Below, piece by piece: positions 48,501 to 59,859 of a DNA stretch of 64,000 bases (position 1 is the first letter of the stretch; each line of letters begins with the position of its first letter). The notes below the pieces were generated by a model. It did no database searches. It saw only the letters and a list, made by a program, of their open reading frames with translations, and was not told the origin of the DNA. A program made the translations under genes and the position numbers. Where the stretch lies: the NCBI RefSeq assembly GCF_964194155.1, contig NC_135900.1:26784001-26848000 (forward strand), read 5' to 3'. This DNA is from Cetorhinus maximus. Taxonomy: Eukaryota.

Positions 48501-48663
48501 TCTCGCTCCACTCCCCCCCCGCACCCGGTCTCTCCCACCCCCCTGGCCGCTCCCCTAGCAGCTGGGGCCTGGGAGCGCCTGACGTCATCTCTCAGTCTGT
48601 GAAACGTCCCCATGTTTTGTTTCTATTTCCGACCCCCTCAGCTTTTTGTTTTTACCCTCTCAC

Positions 48664-48748
48664 CCATGCGGATATCGAGGCTGGCAGACGCCACACTGCT
48701 GCCATAGTTGAAGTCATCCTCGATGGAGGATCTGGGATACGGATCCAT
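48664..48748 (-). CDS. TMBIM4: TMBIM4 exon 1 (Golgi anti-apoptotic protein / Lifeguard 4)
   Basis: [28 protein letters not shown]|gtgaga matches the TMBIM4 N-terminus [19 protein letters not shown]. Confidence 0.96.
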
Positions 48749-48769
48749 TTCTTCTCCAAACAGCAGATC

Positions 48770-48815
48770 TCTCCGCCTCGATCGCGAGACGACGATCAAC
48801 CACTTCCGAGGTGAT
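48770..48815 (-). promoter_or_regulatory. TMBIM4 proximal promoter / 5' UTR motifs
   Basis: CpG-rich; TCGCGAGA (BANP/ZBTB33-type) 48782-48789; ETS site CGGAAGTG on minus 48808-48801; perfect CRE TGACGTCA at 48580-48587 in intron 1. Confidence 0.5.
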
Positions 48816-49276
48816 CCTTGTGACCTTTGCTGTTGACACTGGCTAATCCCAGAACAGCTGGAGCTTTGTAAAGGTTCCCAAAAGTGAAACTCTCATCCAC
48901 CTTATCCTTTTCTAAACCCGGATTAATTACAACACAAAATACTGCAGCTGCTGGACAGGTTCCATTTTGTTTTTTTTAAATGTTTGTTTTGATTCGTTTC
49001 TTTCTTCTGCCTTCACGTTGGGGTTGGGCGTTGGGGGAGGGGCATTCGGACGGTTGCTACGCAGCCATTGTCACCCGATTTACTCACGTCTATTGCTTCT
49101 TTACTGGAGCCATTACCACTCCCTTTGGCTTTTCCACTGCATCTCTGCCCTCCATCCTTTCTACCCCTCCTCCTGCTGCTCTTCCACTTGCTCAACACCT
49201 ATTGTATTTCTACCTTTCCTCAGTTCTGAGGAAGGGTCGTCCAACTGAAACCTGAACTCCATTTCCCTGATCAGAT

Positions 49277-49967
49277 CAGGGTGACCAACCGTCACATAGT
49301 TTGCGGGACCATCCTGTGTCCCGGGTTGTATGTTGTCAGTTCACTGTTTTTGATGTCATTGAGGGTTTTTGATGTCATTGAGGCCTTTGACTGGTGCGCA
49401 TATACACAATATGCATCTGTGCATTCGCAATCCTCCCATTATCGGAGGATTTCAGCAGCAACACCCCACCCCTGGGTTCTGCAGCTCCCCAAACCTACCT
49501 CTGCACCCACCCCCCACACCCCACCATCCTCCCACCACCCCTACACCTCACCCCACGCTCCCTAACCACGACCCCCTACCCACTTCCTCCACGATCCCCT
49601 ACCCACTTCCCCCACCCCCTCCCCTACCGCCTTCCTCACCCCCTCCCCTACCCCCCACCACCCACTCACTACCTCCCACCAACCCTGGTTTTTTTAAGAA
49701 TGACATAAAGGCACCAATCACTCATAAGGGGTTGTGCAAAAAAGTTGTGTTCATTTATTTAAACTAGGCACATGAGAACATACATACATAGACAGAAAGC
49801 TTGACGACATCGGCAGCAGAGCTGTAGGCTGTGTGCTCAGCTCACAGGCCAAAGCAAAACTGATCACATAACACACTTCCCTTCTAGTGATGGCATGCTG
49901 CTATCCCTTAAAGGCACACGACAACAAAAACGTCCCTTAATTTTCCCCCTGAGAGTTAGTCACCCTG
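49277..49967. mobile_element. Non-autonomous hAT element (691 bp) inserted in a Penelope-pLTR remnant
   Basis: 13-bp TIRs CAGGGTGACCAAC / GTTAGTCACCCTG; 8-bp TSD GATCAGAT / AATCAGAT; flanks rejoin to pLTR sequence ..CAGATGCTGCCTGACCTGC. Confidence 0.85.
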
Positions 49968-50810
49968 AATCAGATGCTGCCTGACCTGCATTTTTGATTT
50001 TTAATCCACGCTATTCTAAATCTGACCAGATTAGTCTAACCATTCTGTTCCAGACTGGTTCAATCAGTCTAACCCAGTGCAATAAAAAACTGACAGTTTA
50101 TTTCTCTCACTCAATGCAGGTCAATTCAAAAGAAAGACTTGCACTTCCATAATGTCTTTCACAACCTCCAGTCAAAAAGAACAAATACATTTACCGAAGC
50201 CTCCAGCTGAGAAATGTTGACTTGGATTTTGTGATCAGCAGTGAATGAGCAGTGCTCATCATCACTACATTTGCCCACAGTTCTCTGGGCTTTTACTCTA
50301 CAATTTCCTGTAATTAAATAGTCAAAACAGCACACCATCCTCTACAGGGGATCTGGGATTTATATGAACAGTGTGCTTTCTTAACCAATAAAATCAAAAA
50401 ATCCTTAGAAAAACATGTGGAGTCGAAAACAGGAAGTACAAGTTGGAATATTTACTTCAATGTAAAATCACAGATAGAACTCAAATTAGAGACAAAGAAA
50501 TGGGATTAAGACTCGCATAAGAGATTATTAGCAAAATAAACACAAGAAATTAGAGGTAACCTGATGACATGGGTTGGTAATCGGTTGGGAGGTAAGAGAC
50601 AGAGCAGCAATAAAGGGAATGTTGTCTGATTGTTAGGTAATGAAAATTGGTCTTCAAGAGAGATCTGTAGTGACAGCTTTTCACCATATGCATGAACGAC
50701 TTGGATGAAGGTATAATAAATTGTATATCCAAGTTTTCAGAGCAGGAAGTTACAAAGGGACATAGGGAAATTAATTGAGTGGGAAAATCTATGGCAGATG
50801 GAGTACAATG

Positions 50811-53800
50811 TCATAGAGTCATAGAGGTCTAGAGCACAGAAAAAGGCCCTTCAGCCCATCAAGTCTGCACCAGTGAAACAAGTACCTAACTATTCTAATC
50901 CCATTTTCCAGCACTAGGCCCATGTCCTTGTATGCCATGGCATCGCAAGTGCACATCCAAACGCTTCTTAAATGTTATGAGGGTTTCTGCCTCAACCACC
51001 CTTTCAGGCAGTAAGTTCTAGATTCCCACCACCCCCGGGTGAAAAAATTCTTCCTCACATCCCCTACTAAGCCTCCTGGCCCTTACCTTAAATCTATGCC
51101 CCCTGGTTATTGATCCCTCCACCGAGGGGAAAAGTTCCTTCCTGTCTACCCTATCTATGCCCTTCATAATTTTATACACCTCAATCATGTCCCCCCTCAA
51201 TCTCCTCTGCTCCAAGGAAAATAACCCCAGTCTATCCAATCTCTCCTCATAATTAAAACTCTCCAGCCTAGGCAACATCCTGGTAAATCTCCTCTGCACG
51301 GTCTCTAGTGCAATCACATTCTTCCTGTAATGTGGATTCCAGAACTGCACGTTATACTCTAGCTGTGGCCTAACTAGCGTTTTACACAGTTCCAGCATAA
51401 CCTCCCTGCTCTTAGATTCTATGCCTCAGCTAATAAAGGCAAGTATCCCATATTAATCACCTTATCTATCTGTCCCGCTACCTTAAGGGACCGGTGGACA
51501 TGTATACCAAGGTCCCTCTGATCCTCGGTACTTCCCAGGGTTCTACCATTCATTGTGTATTCCCGTGCCATGTTTGTCCTGCCCAAGTGCATCACCTCAC
51601 ACTTATCCGGATTAAATTCCATTTGCCAATCATCAGCCCATTTGACCAGCCCGTCTATATCCTCCTGTAATCTAGGCTATCCTCCTCACTATTTACCACC
51701 CCACCAATTTTCATGCAATCCGTGAACTTACTGATTAACTCTCCTACATTCAAGTCTAAATCATTTATATATATCACAAACAGAAAGGGACCCAACACCG
51801 ATCCCTGTGGGACCCCACTGGACACAGGCATCCAGTCACAAAAACACCCCTTGACCATCACGTCCTGCTTCCTGCCACTCAGCCAATTCCGGATCCAAAT
51901 GGCCAAATTGCCTTGGATCCCATGGGCTTTTACCTTCGTTATCAGTCTCCCATGCAGGACCTTATCAAAAGTCTTGCTGAAGTCCAAGCAGACTATGTCA
52001 AATGCATTGCCCTCATCTACACACCTGGTCACTTCTTTGAAAAATTCAATGAAATTGGTCAGACATGACCTCCCCTTGGCAAAACCATGCTGACTGTCCT
52101 TGATTAATCCCTGCCTCTCCAAGTGTAGATTCATTCTGTCCCTCAGAATTGCTTCCAATAGTTTCCCACCACTGAGGTTAGACTGACTGGCCCTTCCTCC
52201 CTTCTTGAATAATGGTACCACATTGGCTGTCCTCCAGTCCTCTGGCACCTCTCCTGTGGCCAGAGAGATGTTGAAAATTATCGCCAGCACCCCTGCTGTC
52301 TCCTCCTTTACCTCACTCAACAGCCTGGGATACATTTCATCCGGGCCTGGAGATTTATCTACTTTTAAGCCTGCCAGACCACTTAGGACCTCCTCCCTTT
52401 CTATGCTAATTTCTTTAATTATATCACAGTCCTTCTGCTTGATTTCCATACCTATGTCGTCCCTCTCACTTGTGAACACCGAAACAAAGTATTCATTTAG
52501 AACCCTACCTACGTCCTCCAGCTCCACACACAAATTACCACTATGGTCCTTAATGGGCCCTAATCTTTCCCTAGTTATGCTCTTACTCTTAATGTACTTG
52601 TAAAATAACTTCGGATTTTCCTTTATTTTACCTGCCATTGTTATTTCATACCCCTTTTTTGCTCTCCTAATTTCCTTTTTAAGTTCCCCCCTATACATTC
52701 AGCTTCTGCTGTTTTAAGCCCTTGGTATCTGCCGTAAGCCTCCCTTTTTCTCTTTATCCAATCCTGTATATCCCTCGACATCCAGGGTTCCCTGGATTTG
52801 TTGGTCCCACCCTTTGTCTTTACTGGAATATATTGGCCCTGTACTCTCCCTATTTCCTTCTTGAATGAGTCCCACTGCTCTGACGCAGATTTACCTAAAA
52901 GTAGCTGTTCCCAGTCCACTCTGGCCAAATCATATCTGATCTCATTAAATTCAGCCTTCCCCCAATTTAGAACTCAGACTTCTGGGCCATCCTTGTCCTT
53001 TTCCATAACAACCTTGAATCTAACGGAGTTATGATCATTATCTGCAAAATGCTCCCCCACTGATACCTCTACCACTTGCCCGGCTTCAATCCCTAAAATT
53101 AAGTCCAGGACTGCCACCTTCTATGTACTAGTTTAAAAAGCTTTCCTGGATGCATTTTAAGTATTCCGCTCCCTCTAAATCTATCACACTATGACTAACC
53201 CAGTTAATGTTGGGGAAGTTGAAATGCCCCACTATTACTACCCCATTATTTTTACATTTCTCTGAAATTTGCCTACATATCTGCTCTTCTATTTCTCTCT
53301 GTTTGGGAGCCTATAGTACACTCCCAGCAATGTAATTGCTCTTTTCTTGTTTTTAAGTTCTACCTGTATCATTTGAGGATCCATCTAAGATGTCATCCCT
53401 CCTTACTGCTGTAATTGATTCCTTGATCAATATTGCGATACACCCTCCTCTTTTACCTCCTTCCCTGTCTCACCTGAAGTCCCTATATCCTGGAATATTG
53501 AGCTGCCAATCCTGCCCCTCTCTCAACCATGTCCCTGTGAAAGCAATGATACCATACTGCATGTATTAATTTGTGCCCTCAACTCATCTGTCTTATTCAT
53601 CAGACTCCTTGCATTAAAATAAATACCAACCAACCTTGCCAATCTCCCTTGTGCCTTAACTGGCCTATAATTTCTATGCCTCCCAGACTCACTTGCTCTC
53701 TCTTTTAATTTTGGCTGTGCATCTCCCCCTGCTGAACCTCCTCTTAGGATCCCATCCCCCTGACAAGTTAGTTTAAACCCTCCCCAACAGCACTAGCAAA

Positions 53801-54720
53801 CCTCCCTGCAAGGATATTGGTCCCATTCCGGTTCAGGTGCAACCCATCTGCCTTGTACAGGTCCCACCGCCCCCAGAAACAGTCCCAATGTCCCAGAAAT
53901 CTAAAGCCCTCCCTCCTGCATCATCTCTCCAGCCATGCATTTATTTGGGCTAACCTCCTATTTCTATACTCATTAGCGTGTGGCACCGGAAGTAATCCAG
54001 GGATTACTACGTCTGATGTCCTGTTTTTTAATCTGCTTCCTAGCTCCCTAAATTCTGCTTGCAGGACCTCATCCCTCTTTCTACCGATGTTGTTGGTACC
54101 AATATGTACCATGATCCCTGTCTGTTTGCCCTTCCCCTTTAGAATGTCCTGCAGCCATTCAATGACATCCTTGACCCTGACACCAGGGAGGCAACATACC
54201 ATCCTGGAGTCACGTCAACAGCCGCAGAAACGCTTGTCTGTTCCCCATACTATCGAATCTCCTACCACTATTGCTCTGCCCCTCTTTTTTCTCCCTCCCT
54301 GTGCAGCTGAACCACTCACAGTGCCACGAGTGTGGCTGCACTCCCCAGGGGAACCGTCACTCTCACTGTTTTCCAACACAGAAAAACGGTTCCTGAGCAA
54401 GATGCACCCTGGGGATTTCCTGACTACCTGCCTGACACCTTTCTTCTGACTGATGGTCACCCATTCCCTCTCTGTCTGCACTTCCATAAGCTGTGAGGTG
54501 ACCATGTCTAAAAACGTGCTAGCCACAAAACTCTCAGCTTCACAGATGCACCTCAGTGCCTCCAGCTGCAGCTTAAGCTCCAACACTCGGAGCTCAAGTA
54601 GCTGCAGCTGGTGGCACTTCCTGCACATGTGGTCGGTCAGAGCGCAAGGAGCATCTAGGATTTCCCATATGTTGCAGGTGGTACATAACACGGGACTGAG
54701 TTGCCCTGCCAAGCCTCTAG
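50811..54720 (-). mobile_element. Near-full-length CR1 LINE (ORF1 + ORF2, frameshifted)
   Basis: ORF1 54712-53780 (CTTCNIW..CRKCHQL; AIVVGDSIV; HIGTNNI); ORF2 endonuclease-RT incl. 52698-51655 (LDFSKTFDKV, SGVPQGSVLGP); CATAGAGT 3' microsatellite at 50811; nested in an older plus-strand CR1 piece (50500-50810). Confidence 0.92.
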
Positions 54721-55309
54721 TTGAAAAAAAACCCCTTTAAGTTAAATACAGTAAAAAAAGTTAAATTATTTATGTACTTTAAATAATAACTAGAACGCTT
54801 ACCTTTCCTTAGCTTAATCTATTTTAAACTGGAGAAAAATTGGAGAAAAAAACTGGACAAAAACACTTACCCACTACTCACTAATCAGCTCTCATCTTTG
54901 TACCGACGTCACTTTTTGAAGTCTTTTTGAATGTTAGGAAGTAGATCAGAGAAAGACAAATAGGAATATTTTCTTTTTGCTGAAAGCATGAGAAGGAAAG
55001 AGATTTTATACCATATACACAAATCACTAAAAGCCGGTGCACCAGTACAATTAGTAATCAAAAAAGCTTTTGGAATGTTGGCCTGTATCTCAAGATGCTG
55101 GAACACAGATGGGGGAAGGTAATGCTTCAGTTTTACTGTACAGAGCCTGGTCAGAGCTCATCTGGATTCAGCTTTGTGCACTAAACTTTGGGAAAAGAAA
55201 AGACAGATTGGTATTTATATAGCACTTTTCACGACCACTGGATGTCTCATAGTTTATAGCCAATGAAGTACTTTTGAAGTGTAATCGCTGTTGTAATGCA
55301 GGAAACTGA

Positions 55310-57013
55310 TGTGTGTTCAACAACTTCAGATCATGAACTCTCTCCTCCATTCCCACCCCCTTTCCGATCCCCCTTTTTCTAATAATTTATAATTTTTAAA
55401 ATGTATTTTTCTTTTCCCACCTATTTTTAAATTTATTTTGATCTATCATTTTATCTCCACCTTTTAGCCCATTTTGATCCCTTCCCCCCACCCCACCCCC
55501 ACTAGGGCCATCTGTCACTTGCTTGTCCTGCTTTCTATCCTTAATGTCACCATTAGCACATTCCTTAGATATCACCACCGTCAACACCCATTTGTCCTTT
55601 TGACAAGAAATGAGTTCCATGGGGCAGGAACAGGCTGACACGATTGGTCTGCCGGGACAGTCCTGTTTGTGGATTTTGGGTAGGAGGTAGAAGCGGGCCG
55701 TCCGAGGTTTGGAGACTATGGGATTGGAAGCTGTGGAGGGAAGATCTCCAGAGGAGATGAGGTCAGTGACAGTCCTGGAAACAATGGCTTGATGTTCAGT
55801 GGTGGGGTCATGGTCCAGGGGGAGGTAGGAGGAAGTGTTTGTGAGTTGACGCTCAGCCTCTGTGAGGTAGAGGTCAGTGCGCCAGACAACAACAGCACCA
55901 CCCTTGTCAGCAGGTTTGATGACAAAGTCAGGGTTGGACCTGAGAGTGCAGCAAGTTCAGAAAGAGACAGGTTAGAGTGGGTGAGAGGCGCAGAGAAATT
56001 GAGACGACTGATGTTACGCCGACAGTTCTCAATGAAAAGGTCAAGAGCAGGTAAGAATCCAGAGGGAGGGGTCCAGGTGGAGGGAGAATATTGGAGGCGG
56101 GTAAAAGGATCCATTGAAGGGGGAGAGGACCCCTGCCCAAAGAAGTGAGCACGGAGACGAAGGCGGTGAAAGAAGAGTTCAGCGTCGTGCCAAGCCCAAA
56201 ATTCATCGAGGTGAGGGCGTAAGGGTATGAAACTGAGTCCTTTGCTGAGCACTGAACGTTCAGCATCAGAGAAGGGAAGGTCAGAAGGTATGGTGAATAC
56301 ACGGCCGTGGCTGGGATAGGAAGACGGGATGGGGTCAGAGGGATGGGCAGGGGTGGAGGGTCCTGGATGGGCGTTGGTGTCGATGAGTTGTTGGAGCTTG
56401 CGTTCCTTTGCACCTGAAAGAAAGATACAAAGTTTCTTGTTGAGGCGTCGGATGAGACGAAGAATAAAATGAAACTGGGGGCAAGGACAGCTTAGAGATA
56501 GGGTGAGTCAGTGCTGCTGAAGGGAGAGGTCGAGTGTGTTCATATGGCGGCGCATGGCACTGAGTGTGGATCTCAGGATGCGACGAGAACAGCAATCCGA
56601 GGAGCGTTGTATGTCCTGGAGATACCTGTAATCCTGGGTGGGTTCGAAACATGAGGGATGGAATTTCAGTTGGAATCCACGTTGGGTAAGTCGGAGACGG
56701 AGGCAGTCACTGAGGAAGGAAACATGGCTGTGAAAGCGAGTTTTAGTAAACACCTGGTCAAACACCAGGAGAGAAATGGAAAGTAATGAAGGTGAACAGG
56801 GCAAAAGAGACAAGTGGAAATCCTATCGGAGAGAAGAGCAGAACTTCTTCAAGGTAGGCATTCCTGGAAGAGAAGTGCCAGTCAATTAAACACTAAGATA
56901 AAAGCAAAATACTGTGGACCCTGGAAATCTGAAACAAAAACAAAAATAGCTGGAAAAACTCAGCAGATCTGACAGCATCTGCGGAGAAGAACACAGTTAA
57001 CGTTTCAAGTCCG
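55310..57013 (-). mobile_element. Rearranged Penelope-like element: N-terminal half + 5' pLTR (minus, 55604-57013) joined to an inverted 3' UTR piece (plus, 55310-55603)
   Basis: 55604-56900 is collinear with 13475-14780; 55310-55603 is the reverse complement of 32090-32385; RT core and GIY-YIG absent. Confidence 0.88.
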
Positions 57014-57300
57014 TTTATATTTACAGACCTGGTCATAATGCCACATGATTAAAAAAACTTCCCCCTCCCAATTCTTGCAACCAGAGTTGGCAGCCCTATT
57101 CTTTACATTTATTGAATTTTAAAAGCATCCCAAAAATGTTTGCATGGTGAGGGCCCGGTCGATTAAAGAAAATGAGCTTGCTGGGGTGTTCAGTCAAAGC
57201 AGCAAATGTAGCAGCGTCATGAATGTTAAGGTGGGAGTTGAGAGTTGCTGAGGATTGGATTATTCAGGTGGGCGCGAGCGGGAATGGGCGGGTTGCAATT

Positions 57301-59258
57301 TGCCTGGGCTGGGCGGAGCTGAGCTGAGTCGGGCTGAGCTGTGCTGGGCTGAGCTGGGCGGAGCTGAGCTGAGCTGGCATGAGTCGAGCTGGGCTGAGCG
57401 GAGCTGAGCTGGGTGGAGCTGAGCTGGGTGGAGCTGTGCTGGGCTGAGCTGGGCGGAGCTGTGCTGGGCTGAGCTGGGCGGAGCTGAGTCGGGTGGAGCT
57501 GAGCTGAGTCGGGCTGAGCTGTGTTGGGCTGAGCTGAGCTGAACTGAGTCGGGCTGAGCTGGGCGGAGCTGAGTCGGGCTGAGCTGAGCTGGGCGGAGCT
57601 GAGTCGGGCTGAGCTGAGCTGAGTCGAGCTGAGCTGGGCGGAGCTGAGTCGGGCTGAGCTGAGCTGGGCGGAGCTGAGTTGGGCTGAGCTGTGCTGGGCT
57701 GAGTCGGGCTGAGCTGGGCGGAGCTGAGTCGGGCTGAGCTGAGCTGGGCGGAGCTGAGTCGGGCTGAGCTGTGCTGGGCTGAGCTGAGCTGAGTCGGGCT
57801 GAGCTGGGCGGAGCTGAGTCGGGTTGAGCTGTGGTGGGCTGAGCTGAGCTGAGTCGGGCTGAGCTGGGCGGAGCTGAGTCGGGCTGAGCTGAGCTGGGCG
57901 GAGCTGAGCTGAGCTGAGTCGGGCTGAGCTGTGCTGGGCTGAGCTGAGCTGAGTCGGGCTGAGCTGGGCGGAGCTGAGTCGGGTTGAGCTGTGCTGGGCT
58001 GAGCTGGGCTGGGCGGGGCTGAGCTGAGCTGGGCGGAGCTGAGTCGGGCTGAGCTGAGCTGGGCGGAGCTGAGTCGGGTTGAGCTGTGCTGGGCTGAGCT
58101 GAGCTGAGTCGGGCTGAGCTGTGCTGGGCTGAGCTGGGCTGGGCGTGGCTGAGCTGAGCTGGGTGGAGCTGAGTCGGGCTGAGCTGAGCTGGGCGGAGCT
58201 GAGTTGGGTTGAGCTGTGCTGGGCGGAGCTGAGTCGGCTTGAGCTGTGCTGGGCTGAGCTGAGCTGGGCGGAGCTGAGTCGGGTTGAGCTGTACTGGGCG
58301 GAGCTGAGTCGGGTTGAGCTGTGCTGGGCTGAGCTGAGCTGGGCGGAGCTGAGTCGGGCTGAGCTGTGCTGGGCAGAGCTGAGTCGGGTTGAGCTGTGCT
58401 GGGCGGAGCTGAGTCGGATTGAGCTGTGCTGGGCTGAGCTGGGCTGGGCGGGGCTGAGTAGGGCTGAGCTGAGCTGAGCTGAGTCGGGCTGAGCTGGGCG
58501 GAGCTGAGTCGGGCTGAGCTGGGCGGAGCTGAGTCGGGTTGAGCTGGACGGAGCTGAGTCAGGTTGAGCTGACGGAGCTGAGTCGGGCTGAGCTGGGCGG
58601 AGCTGTCGGGCTGGGCGGGGCTGAGCTGAGTCGGGCTGAGCTGGGCGGAGCTGAGTCGGGCTGGGCGGGGCTGAGCTGAGTCGGGCGGGGCTGAGCTGAG
58701 TCGGGCTGAGCTGGGCGGAGCTGAGTCGGGCTGGGTGGGGCTGAGCTGAGTCGGGCTGAGCTGGGCGGAGCAGAGTTGGGCTGGGCGGGGCTGAGTCGGG
58801 TTGAGCTGAGTCGGGCTGAGCTGAGTGGAGCTGAGTCGGGCTGAGCTGGGCGGGGCTGGGCTGGGCTGAGTCGGGTTGAGCTGAGTCGGGTTGAGCTGGG
58901 CGGGGCTGAGTCGGGCTGAGCTGGGCGGAGCTGAGTCGGGTTGAGCTGGGCGGAGCTGAGTCGGGCTGGGCGGGGCTGAGCTGAGTCGGGTTGAGCTGAG
59001 TCGGGTTGAGCTGGGCGGGGCTGAGTCGGGCTGGGTGGGGCTGAGCTGAGTCGGGCTGAGCTGGGCGGAGCTGAGTCGGGCTGGGCGGGGCTGAGCTGAG
59101 TCGGGTTGAACTGGGCGGGGCTGAGCTGAGTCGGGCTGAGCTGGGCGGAGCTGAGTCGGGCTGGGCGGGGCTGAGCTGAGTCGGTTTGAGCTGAGTCGGG
59201 TTGAACTGGGCGGGGCTGAGTCGGGCTGGGCGGGGCTGAGCTGAGTCGGGCTGAGCTG
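57301..59258 (+). repeat. ~1.96-kb pentamer array (GAGCT, GGGCT, GAGTC, GGGCG, GTGCT, GGGTT), switch-region-like, directly upstream of HELB
   Basis: Near-continuous 5-bp periodicity; dense AGCT palindromes and GGGCGG boxes; ends 40 bp before the HELB ATG. Confidence 0.95.
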
Positions 59259-59297
59259 GCCCAGCCTGTTCCCTCTCTCTTTACCGGGATTCCCGCC

Positions 59298-59499
59298 ATG
59301 TCCGGGCGGCGCGCGGTCCTGGGGATTCCCATTGTTGTGAAAGGATATATTTTATCGTCAGCCAAGGACAACATGCAGGAAAGTTCGGACACAGAGGAGG
59401 AGGAAGAGGAGGAGCCGCAGTTCCTGGATCTCAAAGACATGATGTGTGTCTCCGGCGGCGCAAGTTCCATCAAAGCCTCGTCCGTGGCGCGGCGGTTAG
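59298..59499 (+). CDS. HELB: HELB exon 1 (DNA helicase B)
   Basis: Kozak GCCATG; acidic DTEEEEEEEPQFLD..CVSGG..IKASS resembles the HELB N-terminus; donor G|gtaaaa at 59500; synteny with LLPH/TMBIM4. Confidence 0.85.
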
Positions 59500-59692
59500 G
59501 TAAAAAAAAACAAATTCATCTTGCAATCTGTTCGATGAAGTTTATTATTTTTTTTTTGCCCAGCTCGACCATTGCTGGTAAAAATCCTTTCAAACTTCCC
59601 TACCGGCCGAAGGGATCCACAGTTGCTGTGGCGTGGGCCTTGTGTGTCCACATGCACAAGCAAAGGGAAAGCTGCAATCGGAACAGGAGAGG

Positions 59693-59830
59693 TTGGGAAC
59701 ACTCAGCAGGTCTGGCAACACCTGTGAAGAGGGGAAACTCAAGTTCATGTTTCAGGTCCCCGACACAGATCCAAAACGTTAACTTATTTCTCCCTCCACA
59801 GATGTTGTCAGATCTATTGAGTATTTCCAG
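59693..59830. repeat. Imperfect palindrome made of two opposed Penelope-pLTR halves
   Basis: TGGGAACACTCAGCAGGTCTGGCAACACCTGTG...CCACAGATGTTGTCAGATCTATTGAGTATTTCCAG, with AAACGTTAAC near the centre. Confidence 0.7.
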
Positions 59831-59859
59831 TGGAGTGATGCCCCTTGCCATTAACCTCG

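Noticed and set aside
45924-48613. 892-aa Pro-rich and 600-aa Gly-rich ORFs
   Set aside because: Translations of the C-rich array inside TMBIM4 intron 1; no splice or domain support
57301-59258. A real IgH locus switch region or mammalian contamination
   Set aside because: No V, J or C exons nearby; the array is continuous with a divergent HELB exon 1 and lineage-typical repeats
58145-59473. AELSWAELSR / SSARLSSAPP repeat ORFs
   Set aside because: Frames of the pentamer array; the minus ORF is antisense to HELB exon 1
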